A stretch of 64,000 bases of DNA from Clostridia bacterium (GCA_017423825.1 JAFPCP010000029.1:15521-79520); one strand, 5' to 3'. Positions 46,634 to 57,708 are shown, counted from the stretch's first letter. Notes: generated by a model from the sequence alone, not told the origin. Program-made: numbers and translations.

Positions 46634-48007
46634 ATGGCCTCTACAACAGAACATGCGAACGACGGTCTGGGGCTTCCGTACAGCCTGGAAGCCGAGCAAT
46701 CGGTTTTGGGTGCTGTATTGGTTGAGCCGGAAAGCATCGTGCAGGTAGCCGATAAACTGATTCCGGAGCATTTTTATCTTCCGGAGCACCAGTCTGTGTA
46801 TACGGTTATGTTGGATAAACTGAGAAACAACCAGCGCATTGATTTTGTTACTGTGTTGGAATCGCTGAAATCGGAGGGCTTTTTCTCTTCAGAAGAGGGG
46901 AAGGCGTATTTACTTAAATTGGCGAACACCGTGCCGTTCTTATCCAATCTGCCGAATTATATCCAAATTGTTCGGGAAAAATATGAGGCACGTTGCTTGA
47001 TTAAGGCGGCTCGTGAGATCACCGAGGCGGCGATGGATCCCGCCACGCCGCCGGACAGCCTATTGGAGACGGCTGAACAAAAGATTTATAATATTCGCCA
47101 AGACAGACGCACCGGCGGTTTGATGCACATTCGCGAAGTGATTGCGAGCAATTATGAGATTTTCATGAAATTGGCCTCGCCGGAAGAGCGTGACCAATTT
47201 ATCGGTATTCCTACCGGCATTTCCGCTCTGGACCAGGTTACCAGTGGCTTGAATCGCTCGGATTTGATTATTGTAGGCGCTCGTCCCGGTATGGGTAAAA
47301 CGAGTTTTGCCTTGAACATTGCTCGTAACGTAGCGGTGCAGCAAAAACGGACGGTGGCCTTTTTCAACCTGGAAATGTCTCGGGAGCAAATGGTGAACCG
47401 CTTGTTATCCTCTGAGGCGGGCGTGGAGAGCACCAAACTACGCACAGGCAACCTGAGCAAAGACGAATGGAGCCGCATATCTACGGCCGCTAGCAGTTTG
47501 AGTCAGGCGCCGATTTACTTGGATGATACCGCCAGCATCACGGTGCCGGAGATGAAAGCCCGATTGATGCGGTTGGATGATTTAGGTTTTGTGGTGGTGG
47601 ACTATTTGCAGCTTATGCATGGCGCGAAACGCACCGAAAACCGCGTGCAAGAGGTCAGCGAAATCACCCGTAGTTTGAAAATCATGGCTAAAGAATTGAA
47701 TGTCCCGGTTATGGTTGCCGCGCAGTTGTCGCGTAGCACCGAAAAACAGGGCGCGAACCACCGCCCGGCGTTGTCGGATTTGCGTGAATCCGGCTCTATT
47801 GAACAGGATGCCGATCAGGTGCTGTTTTTGTATCGTCCGGACTATTATAGAAACGAAAATCAAGATCCAACCACCGCTCCGTCGGCGGATACGGCTGAAG
47901 TGATTGTCGCCAAAAACCGCCACGGTGAGTTAAAGACTGTGCCGTTAGCTTGGTCGGGTGAATTTACACGCTTCACCTCGGTCGATACGCGCTGGAATGA
48001 ACAATGA
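46634..48007 (+). CDS. dnaB: replicative DNA helicase
   Basis: Walker A GARPGMGKTSFALNIA and IVVDYLQLM, with no intein-sized insertion. Confidence 0.95.
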   Translation: MASTTEHANDGLGLPYSLEAEQSVLGAVLVEPESIVQVADKLIPEHFYLPEHQSVYTVMLDKLRNNQRIDFVTVLESLKSEGFFSSEEGKAYLLKLANTVPFLSNLPNYIQIVREKYEARCLIKAAREITEAAMDPATPPDSLLETAEQKIYNIRQDRRTGGLMHIREVIASNYEIFMKLASPEERDQFIGIPTGISALDQVTSGLNRSDLIIVGARPGMGKTSFALNIARNVAVQQKRTVAFFNLEMSREQMVNRLLSSEAGVESTKLRTGNLSKDEWSRISTAASSLSQAPIYLDDTASITVPEMKARLMRLDDLGFVVVDYLQLMHGAKRTENRVQEVSEITRSLKIMAKELNVPVMVAAQLSRSTEKQGANHRPALSDLRESGSIEQDADQVLFLYRPDYYRNENQDPTTAPSADTAEVIVAKNRHGELKTVPLAWSGEFTRFTSVDTRWNEQ

Positions 48008-49380
48008 ACAGACACGAAATGATTGAAAAGGTATACACCTTTACAGGTGAAAACGCTCTGTTTTCGCCGCCTTGTCACGTGTTGGTGGGCGTATCCGGCG
48101 GTGCCGACTCGATGGCTTTGCTTGGTTGTCTGCTGAACTGGCCGGTTGCCGGTGTGCAGGTCACAGCGGTGCACGTGCATCATGGGTTGCGCGCCGAAGA
48201 GGCGGATAGGGACGCCTGGTTTGTGCGTGAACAGTGTGCGCTTTTAGGGGTTCCGCTCGTTGTGCGGCATCTCGATGTGGCTGCGGAGGCGGCTACCGCG
48301 GGGGAAGGGTTGGAAGAAGCCGGCCGTCGATTGCGGTATGCGGTTTTTGATGAGGTCGCCAAAACGGTACAAGCGGATTTTATTGCTACGGCTCACACCG
48401 CAAACGACCAGACGGAGACGGTGCTGATGCATTTGCTTCGCGGTAGCGGGGTGGACGGTTTGGCAGGCATTCCGGCTAAACGACAGAACATTGTGCGGCC
48501 GTTACTTTCGTGTGCGAGAGAAGAGATTGAGGCCTTTTGTGCCGCGCAAAACATCGCTTTTGTGCAGGACAGCACGAATCAGAATATGCAATTTACACGC
48601 AATCGGGTGCGGCATGAACTGTTGCCGTTTTTGCGACAGTTCAACCCGGCGGCGGATGTGGCTATTCGCCGCCTAGCGAGCCATGCCGCACAAGACAGCG
48701 CATGTCTGCGCACATGGGCACAAAAAGCCCTTGAACAGGCGCAGACGGCGGAAGGGTTTTATGCTGTAAAGGCATTCACCGAACAACCCTCGTCCATCCG
48801 CCGACGGATGATTATGGCTCTGTTAGCCGCGGACGGGTGTTATACCGTGGAGGAAAAACATATCCTTGCGATTGAGCAAATGTTGTTAAAAAACGCCGGG
48901 TCTACGATGGTGTCGGGCGGACGACGGTTGCTGGTGACGGGCTCGCAAATAGGCTTTGTCACACAACCCGATGAGCATCCCGAATGGTCGGCTGTGACGG
49001 TAGAAAACCTGCCGCAACGGTGTGCGTGTGGGTGTTTTAGCGGCGTTTTACGCCTTTTGTCGGCCAAAGAATATGAACAATATAAAAATGTTCATAAAAT
49101 GTTCTTCAAATACGCATTGGATTATGATAAAATACAAGGCGATTTGATTGTGCGCACGTGGTTGCCGGGGGATACGATGCATCCCGCGAGCCGCGGCGTG
49201 GGTAAATCGCTGAAAAAAATATGGCAAGAAACTGCTGTATCTGCCTCTGACCGGCACCAACGCCCGCTTGTCTGTGATGCGCACGGCGTGGTGTTGATTC
49301 CGGGCATCTGTTGCGATGAGCGAGTTTCTCCTTGTGCGGATACCAAACTTTTTCTTGTATGGGAGCCGTGTTCGGAGTAA
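48004..49380 (+). CDS. tilS: tRNA(Ile)-lysidine synthase
   Basis: PP-loop VGVSGGADSMAL. Overlaps the dnaB stop. Confidence 0.9.
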   Translation: MNRHEMIEKVYTFTGENALFSPPCHVLVGVSGGADSMALLGCLLNWPVAGVQVTAVHVHHGLRAEEADRDAWFVREQCALLGVPLVVRHLDVAAEAATAGEGLEEAGRRLRYAVFDEVAKTVQADFIATAHTANDQTETVLMHLLRGSGVDGLAGIPAKRQNIVRPLLSCAREEIEAFCAAQNIAFVQDSTNQNMQFTRNRVRHELLPFLRQFNPAADVAIRRLASHAAQDSACLRTWAQKALEQAQTAEGFYAVKAFTEQPSSIRRRMIMALLAADGCYTVEEKHILAIEQMLLKNAGSTMVSGGRRLLVTGSQIGFVTQPDEHPEWSAVTVENLPQRCACGCFSGVLRLLSAKEYEQYKNVHKMFFKYALDYDKIQGDLIVRTWLPGDTMHPASRGVGKSLKKIWQETAVSASDRHQRPLVCDAHGVVLIPGICCDERVSPCADTKLFLVWEPCSE

Positions 49381-49443
49381 GGCTATAAGGTAGTTGTTAA
49401 CAGTAGCAAAGGCTGTTTTCTCTGTCTCAAAGGAGTTGAATAA

Positions 49444-51345
49444 ATGGAACCAAATAATAAAAAAGGCGGGAACACTTTACGCAACCTCTTGTTGGTTATA
49501 GGTGTGCCGCTGGTGCTTTTTTTCGGTATGTGGTCTTTGCTGGGTGGCCAATCCGCGTCACGAGATAAGAAGGTTTATTCCGAATACATCCAGTATTTCA
49601 TGAATGGCCAGGTAGAAAAATACGAGTTGGATTTAGGCACCGGTGAATTGGTTTTGCTTTTGCGATCGGATGTGCGTGCCGATACGAATAAAGACGGTCA
49701 AATAAACGAAAAAGACACCATCAAATACAATTTGCCGGATGTGGGATATTTTCTTTCGGTTGTAAATCCTATGGTGATGGAAGCCAACCGGGATGATAAA
49801 ACCGACAACGACGTGTCCTACGAATGGAAGCCGGTGGCGGATGTTTCTTGGATATTCAGCGCTCTGCCGACAATCATTTTGATTGTTTTGGGCGTGTTTA
49901 TGATTGTTTCCATGCGTCGTTCGTTCGGCTCCATGGAGGGTCCCGGCAAGATGATGGGCTTCGGTAAGGCGAAGGCGAAGCTTGTGGAGGATGAAAAGCG
50001 CAAAACGACCTTTGACGATGTCGCCGGTGCGAATGAAGAGAAGGAAGAATTACAAGAAATTGTAGAATTCCTAAAAAGCCCCAAACGTTTCACTGAATTG
50101 GGCGCTCGCGTGCCGAAAGGCGTTTTGTTGGTTGGCCCTCCCGGTACAGGTAAGACGCTGTTAGCCCGTGCGGTTGCAGGGGAAGCCGGTGTACCATTTT
50201 TCTCCATGTCCGGTTCGGATTTTGTGGAGATGTACGTGGGTGTTGGTGCCTCTCGTGTGCGGGATTTGTTTGAACAGGCGAAGAAAAATGCCCCTTGTAT
50301 TATATTCATTGATGAAATTGATGCTGTGGGTCGGCAACGTGGCGCCGGTTTGGGCGGCGGACACGATGAACGCGAACAGACCTTGAACCAGTTGTTGGTG
50401 GAGATGGACGGTTTCAGTGCCAACGAAGGGATTATTATGATAGCCGCCACCAACCGCCCCGACATTTTGGATCACGCGCTTATGCGTCCCGGTCGTTTTG
50501 ACAGACAAATCGTTGTGAATACACCCGATTTGCAGGGCCGTGAGGATATATTGCGGGTGCACGCGAAAGGAAAGCCGCTGGGCCCGGACGTGGATTTGTC
50601 GGTGATTGCCAAGTCGACGGTGGGCTTTACCGGCGCCGATTTGGAAAACCTGCTCAACGAGGCCGCATTGTTGGCTGCCAGACGGGATTTGCACGCTATA
50701 ACGATGGCGGAAATCGAGGAAGCCACCATAAAGGTCGTTGTCGGCACGGAAAAACGCAGCCGCGTGATGACGGAAAAGGAGAAGAAACTCACCGCTTATC
50801 ACGAGGCTGGTCATGCGGTGGCGACCTATTTTTGCCCCACACAAGATCCGGTGCATCAAATTTCCATCATTCCGCGCGGCATGGCCGGCGGCTATACGAT
50901 GAGTTTGCCGCAGCAAGACCGTTCTTACAAGACGCGCAAAGAAATGTTGGAGGACATTCAGGTGTTGTTGGGCGGTCGTGTGGCTGAGGCATTGACCTTG
51001 GATGATATTTCTACTGGTGCCTCGAACGATATTGAGCGCGCAACCGAGCTTGCCCGCCGTATGGTTACAAAGTTTGGTATGAGTGATAAATTAGGCCCCA
51101 TCGTGTATGGTGCTTCGGATGATAACGAGGTGTTCTTGGGCCGTGATTTCGGGCATACGCGCAACTATTCCGAAGAAATTGCTTCGCAAATCGACCAAGA
51201 GATCACACGTTTGTTAACCGAGGGATACGCAGCGGTGGAAGAAAAACTGTCACAGCACATGGATAAGTTGGTTGCGGTGGCAGAGCAACTCATAGAAAAA
51301 GAAAAAATGGACGGAGACGAGTTCCGTCGTATTATGGAGGCTTGA
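49444..51345 (+). CDS. ftsH: ATP-dependent zinc metalloprotease FtsH
   Basis: [18 protein letters not shown], the SRH region, and zinc motif HEAGHAV. Confidence 0.97.
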   Translation: MEPNNKKGGNTLRNLLLVIGVPLVLFFGMWSLLGGQSASRDKKVYSEYIQYFMNGQVEKYELDLGTGELVLLLRSDVRADTNKDGQINEKDTIKYNLPDVGYFLSVVNPMVMEANRDDKTDNDVSYEWKPVADVSWIFSALPTIILIVLGVFMIVSMRRSFGSMEGPGKMMGFGKAKAKLVEDEKRKTTFDDVAGANEEKEELQEIVEFLKSPKRFTELGARVPKGVLLVGPPGTGKTLLARAVAGEAGVPFFSMSGSDFVEMYVGVGASRVRDLFEQAKKNAPCIIFIDEIDAVGRQRGAGLGGGHDEREQTLNQLLVEMDGFSANEGIIMIAATNRPDILDHALMRPGRFDRQIVVNTPDLQGREDILRVHAKGKPLGPDVDLSVIAKSTVGFTGADLENLLNEAALLAARRDLHAITMAEIEEATIKVVVGTEKRSRVMTEKEKKLTAYHEAGHAVATYFCPTQDPVHQISIIPRGMAGGYTMSLPQQDRSYKTRKEMLEDIQVLLGGRVAEALTLDDISTGASNDIERATELARRMVTKFGMSDKLGPIVYGASDDNEVFLGRDFGHTRNYSEEIASQIDQEITRLLTEGYAAVEEKLSQHMDKLVAVAEQLIEKEKMDGDEFRRIMEA

Positions 51346-51390
51346 TTTCTGTTTAGAAAGCAAACCACCACAAGTAAACCTAACAAGACA

Positions 51391-51429
51391 AAGAAACCGC
51401 TGCCAAGTGATTCGGCAGCGGTTTCTTTT
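51391..51429 (+). terminator. rho-independent terminator of ftsH
   Basis: AAGAAACCGCTGCC...GGCAGCGGTTTCTT followed by TTG. Confidence 0.8.
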
Positions 51430-51454
51430 GTGTGCACAGCACTTTTTGTTGAGG

Positions 51455-51482
51455 TTGACTTTTTTGTCGAATGGAGTATAAT
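51455..51482 (+). promoter_or_regulatory. sigma-A type promoter
   Basis: TTGACT (51455-51460), 16 nt, TATAAT (51477-51482). Confidence 0.65.
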
Positions 51483-51533
51483 AGAAGGAGAGATTTTTGC
51501 GGATACAATACATATGTATAGGAGATGATTATC

Positions 51534-51755
51534 ATGAAAAATAACAAATCTATAAAATGGATTATTGTAGCCGGTGTAGCGGCTGTTGTGGCTGTCATTA
51601 CGACTCTGGTTGTGTTGGCTCTGCGTGCCCGTGCGAAGAGAAGAGCATGGTGCGAGGAAGAGGCCGTTTTTGAATATGACTTCGACGATGATGCCTGTTT
51701 GAGCGATTTTGAAGAAGAGGCAGATTTAGCCGTTGAGGAAGAAGTGCAAGAATAA
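51534..51755 (+). CDS. 73-aa single-pass membrane protein with strongly acidic C-terminal tail
   Basis: It has its own promoter, RBS (AGGAG 9 nt upstream of the ATG at 51534) and terminator. One TM helix (IIVAGVAAVVAVITTLVVLAL), then RARAKRR, then a D/E-rich tail. Confidence 0.6.
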   Translation: MKNNKSIKWIIVAGVAAVVAVITTLVVLALRARAKRRAWCEEEAVFEYDFDDDACLSDFEEEADLAVEEEVQE

Positions 51756-51760
51756 ACAGT

Positions 51761-51788
51761 AAGAGGCAGACGTTTGTCTGCCTCTTTT
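51761..51788. terminator. bidirectional terminator
   Basis: AAGAGGCAGAC-GTTT-GTCTGCCTCTT. Confidence 0.8.
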
Positions 51789-51803
51789 ACTGCGTTTATG
51801 AAA

Positions 51804-52970
51804 TCATAGATAGGATAAGCGGCTTCGGTTGTTCCTGCGTGTCTTTTCGGAGAAGGATACGCTGAGAACCAACCCGATCCCCAGATACAACGTTGCGACG
51901 GAACTGCCGCCTTCACTGAAAAAGGGGAGAGTGATACCGATAACCGGTAAAAGCCGCAGATTCATGCCTAAATTGATGATGGACTGAAACCCTATCAGAG
52001 CCAACATACCGATGCACAAATAACTGCCGAGGTTGTCGCGCGAATACGAACTGCACCGATATAGTTCATACAATAAAAGACCTAATAACACGAGCAATAA
52101 AACGGATCCGATAAAGCCGAACTCTTCGCCGGCGACGCTGAAAATCAAATCGTTGTTGCGAGCAAACAGCGAGCCGTTAGAACTTTGTAGATAGCCGGTG
52201 CCGGTCAAGCGGCCGGAGCCGATGGCTTTTATGGCCTCGTATTGTTGCCAGCCGGCGGTGCCTAGATACTTCTCAACATAGGGAGGGAGTATACACAGAA
52301 ACCGGGCTTTTTTATCCTCTGTCATTGTGTTCCAGAGAATCGGCACAGCCGCACAGATGCCGGCTGCACCGATGATATAATATAGAAGATTCACACCCGC
52401 CGCAAGAAGCATAGACAGGGTGATCATAATAAACACCAAAGCGGTTCCGTCGTCCCCTTGCATAAACACCAATCCAATGGGGAGCATGGCATGCAAACCA
52501 AGCAACAAAACCGTCTTAAAACGGTGAATTTGGTCATGCACTTTAACCAAATGCAAAGAAAAGGTGATGATGAATACAATTTTCATCAACTCGGATGGCT
52601 GGAACGTGATATAAAAGGAGCCAGCGCCGAAACCGAGCCAGGCGGTGTCATCTGTTCCTGTGGCGTTGAGCCCCAAAGGCGTAAAGGTCAAAAACACCAG
52701 CAAGAGGGAGATGCCTGCCCAAATGGGCCATAATCCGCAAATGTTTTCATAATCCACGCGGGAAATCAGCAACGCTATCAATAACCCGCCTATCGACGCG
52801 CCGATTTGTGTGAGCACGTCCGCAAGGCCGCCTCCGGCACCGTGCGCCGAAGAATACACCAAAATACACCCGTAAGCGGAAATAAGTGCGCACAATAAAA
52901 TTAAACGAAAATTAGAGTATTGCAAAAAGGAACGCAGGTCGTTTCCAAAGGCTTTTCCAGACAGTTTCAT
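51804..52970 (-). CDS. FtsW/RodA/SpoVE family peptidoglycan glycosyltransferase
   Basis: Polytopic, 388 aa, with the C-terminal PFFSEGGSS motif of the SEDS family. Confidence 0.9.
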   Translation of the reverse strand: MKLSGKAFGNDLRSFLQYSNFRLILLCALISAYGCILVYSSAHGAGGGLADVLTQIGASIGGLLIALLISRVDYENICGLWPIWAGISLLLVFLTFTPLGLNATGTDDTAWLGFGAGSFYITFQPSELMKIVFIITFSLHLVKVHDQIHRFKTVLLLGLHAMLPIGLVFMQGDDGTALVFIMITLSMLLAAGVNLLYYIIGAAGICAAVPILWNTMTEDKKARFLCILPPYVEKYLGTAGWQQYEAIKAIGSGRLTGTGYLQSSNGSLFARNNDLIFSVAGEEFGFIGSVLLLVLLGLLLYELYRCSSYSRDNLGSYLCIGMLALIGFQSIINLGMNLRLLPVIGITLPFFSEGGSSVATLYLGIGLVLSVSFSEKTRRNNRSRLSYL

Positions 52971-53107
52971 TCACTTTACGCCTCCTTTCGTCAGCATATC
53001 TTTTGTTATTATAGCGAACTTTTGCATAAGATGCAAGTTTCCTCTTTTATTATTTGAAAAAATGTGATACAATAATCAGGATAGAATTATAAAAAGGAGG
53101 CGGTTAA

Positions 53108-53521
53108 ATGGCGGAGACGTTCTGTTCACATTCTCCGTCCCAGACAGAGGCGTACGGCCGACAATTAGCCGCCGAATTACACGGTGGCTCGGTGGTGGCT
53201 ATGTTTGGCGGCATGGGCATGGGCAAGACAGCGCTCGTGCGCGGCATAGCAGAAGGATTGGGCCTGTCCGCCGAGGTGTCTAGTCCTACCTTTGCTCTGG
53301 TGCACGATTATGGTGGTTGCCCGCCTTTGGTGCATTTTGACATGTACCGAGTTAATGGGTGGGAAGACCTGTATTCTACCGGATTTTTGGATTATTTAGA
53401 TGCCGGCGCTATTTTGGCGGTGGAGTGGAGCGAACACATTGAAAATGCTTTGCCGCCGGATGCAATTCGGCTGTATTTCACCCGCGTGGATGAAAACACG
53501 CGTTTGATAGAAAGAGGGTGA
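53108..53521 (+). CDS. tsaE: tRNA t6A37 biosynthesis ATPase TsaE
   Basis: P-loop GGMGMGKTALVRG and SPTFALVH. Confidence 0.9.
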   Translation: MAETFCSHSPSQTEAYGRQLAAELHGGSVVAMFGGMGMGKTALVRGIAEGLGLSAEVSSPTFALVHDYGGCPPLVHFDMYRVNGWEDLYSTGFLDYLDAGAILAVEWSEHIENALPPDAIRLYFTRVDENTRLIERG

Positions 53522-53526
53522 CGGGT

Positions 53527-54249
53527 ATGTCGCTGATTTTGGCCTTGGATACGACGGCCACGCCGGTTTCCTGTGCATTGTCGCGAGATGGCCGTGTGTT
53601 GGCGTCTTATTACACACATACAGGATTGACACATAGTCAAACACTTATGCCTATGATAGAGCATGTTTTGCGTATGACAGCTGTTTCGATAGAACAGATA
53701 GATGCGCTGGCTGTCAACGTGGGACCAGGCTCGTTCACCGGTGTAAGAATCGGCGTTTCAGCTGTAAAGGGGCTTGCCTTTGCACATGAAAAGCCGTGTA
53801 TACCGGTATCCACCTTGTTCAGCATTGCGGAAAACATAGCCGTGCCGCCCGATGTGGTTGTTTGCGCGGCAATGGATGCACGCTGTCAGCAAGTGTACAC
53901 AGCGTTGTTTGAGAAAGACAACGTAGGATGTACGGTGCGCCTTTCTGAGGATGAGGCCATTACCATAGACGAGTTAAAACAACGCCTCTCGGCCATAGAA
54001 AAACCTGTTGTGTTAGCCGGAGATGGCAGCGAGCTGTGTTATAAGCAGTTAAAGGATGCTTTACCGCACCTGGTTTTGGCGCCACCCTCCGCACGGTATC
54101 AGTCCGCCGCAGCTACGGCGACGCTCGCACAGGCTATATACGCGTCTGGCGACGTTGTGACAGCGGAAAATCTGTTGCCGGTATATCTTCGCATGCCGCA
54201 AGCTGAGCGGGAACTGCGACGTCGGCAAGGGGAAAGCAACCCGGAATGA
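53527..54249 (+). CDS. tsaB: tRNA t6A37 biosynthesis protein TsaB
   Basis: ILALDTTA and GPGSFTGVRIG motifs. The alternative GTG start at 53518 overlaps the tsaE stop. Confidence 0.9.
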   Translation: MSLILALDTTATPVSCALSRDGRVLASYYTHTGLTHSQTLMPMIEHVLRMTAVSIEQIDALAVNVGPGSFTGVRIGVSAVKGLAFAHEKPCIPVSTLFSIAENIAVPPDVVVCAAMDARCQQVYTALFEKDNVGCTVRLSEDEAITIDELKQRLSAIEKPVVLAGDGSELCYKQLKDALPHLVLAPPSARYQSAAATATLAQAIYASGDVVTAENLLPVYLRMPQAERELRRRQGESNPE

Positions 54250-54305
54250 AAATAGGTTAATGTAATTTGCAATATTTCAACTGTTAAATTAGGAGGAATT
54301 GTCTT

Positions 54306-54938
54306 ATGAGCGCTACACCATTTATCGCAGATCATCCCCTTATTCAGCACAAAGTGACCCTGTTACGCGACCGATCAACCAGTTCAAAACAATTTCGCGA
54401 GTTGATAAAGGAAATCACGGAATTGATGGTCTATGAGGCGACGCGGGATTTGCCTGTTTGTGAAGTGGACGTGCAAACCCCGATTACTGTTTGCAAAAGC
54501 AAGGTGATCGCCGGACGTAAACTGGCCTTCGTACCGATTCTGCGTGCCGGTTTGGGCATGGTGGATGGCGCGTTGGAGTTGATTCCTTCTGCACGCGTTG
54601 GGCACATTGGCATGTATCGTGACGAGGAAACCTTGATTCCCCATCCTTATTATTGCAAATTGCCCGGCGATATCGAGGAACGCGACGTCATCGTGTTGGA
54701 CCCGATGTTGGCTACCGGCGGTTCTGCGGTGGATGCCATCGATCAAATTAAGACGCGCAACCCCCGCAGCATCAAGTTTATGTGTATTATTGCCGCGCCG
54801 GAAGGGTTGGATTTGCTCACGAAAAAGCATCCGGATGTGCAGGTTTTCTGTGCCTCTAAGGATGAAAAGTTGAATGAGAACGGATATATTGTGCCCGGAT
54901 TGGGTGACGCAGGCGACCGTATTTTCGGCACGAAATAA
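54306..54938 (+). CDS. upp: uracil phosphoribosyltransferase
   Basis: The [15 protein letters not shown] motif and the C-terminal [13 protein letters not shown]. Confidence 0.96.
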   Translation: MSATPFIADHPLIQHKVTLLRDRSTSSKQFRELIKEITELMVYEATRDLPVCEVDVQTPITVCKSKVIAGRKLAFVPILRAGLGMVDGALELIPSARVGHIGMYRDEETLIPHPYYCKLPGDIEERDVIVLDPMLATGGSAVDAIDQIKTRNPRSIKFMCIIAAPEGLDLLTKKHPDVQVFCASKDEKLNENGYIVPGLGDAGDRIFGTK

Positions 54939-54940
54939 GC

Positions 54941-56002
54941 ATGCAAACGATAGATAACATGGTCACTCCTTTGTTGGAGTGGTATGCTACGCATTATCGT
55001 CCTTTGCCGTGGCGGCAACATCCTACGCCATATCGGGTGTGGGTGTCGGAAATCATGTTGCAGCAAACCCGTATCGAGGCGGTTATGCCGTATTATGAAC
55101 GCTTCATGCAAGCGGTGCCGGACGTGGCGGCTTTGGCGTCAATAGCGGAGGATGAACTGCTCAAACTTTGGGAAGGGCTTGGTTATTACAGCCGTGCCCG
55201 CAATTTGCAAAAATGTGCACGTCTTCTGATGGACAAATACGGCGGGCAACTGCCGGCGGATTACGATTCGCTGGTTACGTTGCCGGGCATTGGACCGTAT
55301 ACCGCCGGTGCCATCGCATCCATAGCTTATCATATACCGGTGCCGGCTGTGGATGGAAACGTGATGCGTGTGTTAGCTCGCCTAACAGCGGACGACACAG
55401 ATGTGCTATCTGGTGCCGGCAAGCGGCATTTTACCGCATTGGCGGGGCGGCTTGTACCGCAAGACCAGCCCGGTCGATTTAATCAGGCAATCATGGAACT
55501 GGGTGAAACGGTATGCATACCCGCCACGCAGCCGCATTGTGAAATGTGTCCGCTGGCTTTTATGTGTTTGGCGCATGCAAGCGGGAAAGAACAGGCGTTG
55601 CCTGTCCGTACGGCCAAAAAATCCCGCCGGATAGAGCGGCGCACGGTGGCGGTGGTGCGCGTTGTCGGCGACCCGATGCGTGTGTTGTTGCATCGTCGTG
55701 CGGATACCGGGCTTTTGGCCGGGTTATGGGAATTGCCCAACGTCTTGGCGGATAAGGCGGATTTGTTGCCGTCTGCTCTTGATAAGGTGGCGGTGTATAA
55801 GCGTTCTCTGCCGTCTGGTAAGCACGTTTTCTCTCACGTGGAGTGGCATATGACAGGAGCTTTATATGATATGCCCAACGGGCAACTACCACCGGATTAT
55901 CGCGCTGTAACGTTGGAAGAATTGGTCGAAAAATATGCACTTCCCAGTGCGTTTCGCACCTATGCGGCATGGCTCCCGCAACTATTGGAAGGAGATGGTT
56001 GA
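54941..56002 (+). CDS. mutY: A/G-specific adenine DNA glycosylase
   Basis: HhH-GPD (LPGIGPYTAGAIASIAY), the 4Fe-4S cluster cysteines (C...CEMCPLAFMC), and a C-terminal NUDIX-like domain. Confidence 0.92.
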   Translation: MQTIDNMVTPLLEWYATHYRPLPWRQHPTPYRVWVSEIMLQQTRIEAVMPYYERFMQAVPDVAALASIAEDELLKLWEGLGYYSRARNLQKCARLLMDKYGGQLPADYDSLVTLPGIGPYTAGAIASIAYHIPVPAVDGNVMRVLARLTADDTDVLSGAGKRHFTALAGRLVPQDQPGRFNQAIMELGETVCIPATQPHCEMCPLAFMCLAHASGKEQALPVRTAKKSRRIERRTVAVVRVVGDPMRVLLHRRADTGLLAGLWELPNVLADKADLLPSALDKVAVYKRSLPSGKHVFSHVEWHMTGALYDMPNGQLPPDYRAVTLEELVEKYALPSAFRTYAAWLPQLLEGDG

Positions 56003-56003
56003 T

Positions 56004-56486
56004 ATGAACCAAAGAGAAAATTATTTGAGTTGGGATGCTTATTTTATGGGCATCGCCCTGTTGTCTGCTCAGCGCAGCAAGGACCCCGGCACACAAGTCG
56101 GCGCCTGTATTGTGGGTGCGGATAATAAAATTTTGTCTGTTGGTTATAACGGCATGCCCACCGGTTGTGCGGATAAAGATATGCCCTGGGCGCGAGAGGG
56201 CGAACCAATGGAAACGAAATATTTATACGTTTGTCATGCGGAATTGAATGCGATTCTCAATTATTCCGGTGGTAATCTTCACGGTGCCACCGTGTATACG
56301 ACGTTGTTCCCTTGTAACGAATGTGCTAAAGCCTTGATACAAGCCGGCATCAAACGGGTGGTATATTTGTCGGATAAATACAGCGAGAGCGATTCGGTGA
56401 TGGCTTCTAAGATGATGTTTCGCATGACGGGCGTGTCCTTTGATAAATATGAACCCACCGATCAAACCATGCATTTGGAGTTATAA
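56004..56486 (+). CDS. comEB: dCMP deaminase (ComEB family)
   Basis: HAELNAI and PCNECAKALIQAG zinc motifs. Confidence 0.92.
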   Translation: MNQRENYLSWDAYFMGIALLSAQRSKDPGTQVGACIVGADNKILSVGYNGMPTGCADKDMPWAREGEPMETKYLYVCHAELNAILNYSGGNLHGATVYTTLFPCNECAKALIQAGIKRVVYLSDKYSESDSVMASKMMFRMTGVSFDKYEPTDQTMHLEL

Positions 56487-56488
56487 AT

Positions 56489-57223
56489 ATGAAAAAAATT
56501 GCCTTAGTAACCGGCGCTTCTCGTGGCATTGGGCGTGCGATCGCTCAGCAACTCGGGAAAGAGGGCTATGCGGTTGCAATAAATTGTTTGCAGCATATAG
56601 AACAGGCCGAATCCTTGCAACAGGAATTACAGGCGCAGGGGATTACGTGTGCGGTGTTTCCTTGTGATGTGGGGGATTTTGAGGCGGTACAGTCCATGAA
56701 AGAGTCGATCGAAACGATGTGGGGACCGGTTTCGGTGTTGGTCAACAATGCGGGTATCGCGCAACAAAAACTCTTCACCGATTTGGATGTCGCCGATTGG
56801 CGGCGTATGATGTCCGTCCACGTGGACGGTACATTTAACACCTGCCGCGTGTTTTTGCCGACCATGTTGCGTCAGCACGAGGGCTGTATTGTCAACGTTT
56901 CCTCTATGTGGGGGCAAGTAGGCGGATCTTGTGAGGTGCATTATTCTGCGGCTAAGGCTGCCGTTATCGGTCTCACAAAAGCGCTAGCCAAAGAGGTTGG
57001 CCCGTGTGGTGTGCGCGTCAATTGCGTAGCCCCCGGTGTGATTTGTACCGATATGCTGGGGGATTTAGACGAGGATGCGTTGTGTGCCTTGGCAGAAGAA
57101 ACGCCGCTTGGTCGTTTAGGGACCGTTCAGGATGTAGCCGATGCGGTGTCGTATTTGGTTTCGGATAAAGCGGCATTCATAACCGGGCAGGTTTTAGCGC
57201 CTAACGGCGGTATCGTGATTTAA
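56489..57223 (+). CDS. SDR family oxidoreductase (3-oxoacyl-ACP reductase-like)
   Basis: TGASRGIGRAIA and YSAAKAAVIGLTKALAKE. Confidence 0.85.
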   Translation: MKKIALVTGASRGIGRAIAQQLGKEGYAVAINCLQHIEQAESLQQELQAQGITCAVFPCDVGDFEAVQSMKESIETMWGPVSVLVNNAGIAQQKLFTDLDVADWRRMMSVHVDGTFNTCRVFLPTMLRQHEGCIVNVSSMWGQVGGSCEVHYSAAKAAVIGLTKALAKEVGPCGVRVNCVAPGVICTDMLGDLDEDALCALAEETPLGRLGTVQDVADAVSYLVSDKAAFITGQVLAPNGGIVI

Positions 57224-57242
57224 GAAACAGGAGGAAATAGAT

Positions 57243-57692
57243 ATGATAGCGATTGCGTGTGACCATGCGGCTATAGAATTAAAAGAGGAAATCAAACGTT
57301 TGTTAACCGAACGGGGTTTGGAATATACCGATTTCGGCACGAACGATACCGCCAGTTGTCACTATCCTGTTTTTGGTGCACAGGCGGCTCAGGCGGTGGC
57401 GGACGGCCGCTGTGACAGAGGAATCGTTATTTGCGGTACAGGCATTGGTATGTCGTTGGTTGCCAACAAGGTGAAGGGGATCCGTTGCGCTTTGTGCAGC
57501 GATCCGTATTCCGCTCGCATGACAAGAGCACATAACGACGCGAATATGCTGGCGTTGGGTGCTCGCGTGATTGGCGTGGAATTAGCCAAGATGATTGTTG
57601 AGGCGTGGTTGGACACTCCGTTTGAGGGTGGTCGCCACCAAACACGCGTGGATATGATTACAGCCATCGAAAACGGTGAAACCATCGAGTAA
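57243..57692 (+). CDS. rpiB: ribose-5-phosphate isomerase B
   Basis: MIAIACDHAAIELKEEI, ICGTGIGMS, and RHQTRVD near the C-terminus. Confidence 0.95.
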   Translation: MIAIACDHAAIELKEEIKRLLTERGLEYTDFGTNDTASCHYPVFGAQAAQAVADGRCDRGIVICGTGIGMSLVANKVKGIRCALCSDPYSARMTRAHNDANMLALGARVIGVELAKMIVEAWLDTPFEGGRHQTRVDMITAIENGETIE

Positions 57693-57708
57693 ATCCTTTG
57701 GAGGAACT

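Noticed and set aside
49381-49443. Absence of hpt between tilS and ftsH (common tilS-hpt-ftsH order in Firmicutes)
   Set aside because: This is only a synteny variation. The 63-nt gap contains just the ftsH RBS region and no gene remnant.
51380-51916. 178-aa minus-strand ORF
   Set aside because: It spans two terminators and the plus-strand microgene and runs into the 3' end of the SEDS gene in another frame. It has no RBS.
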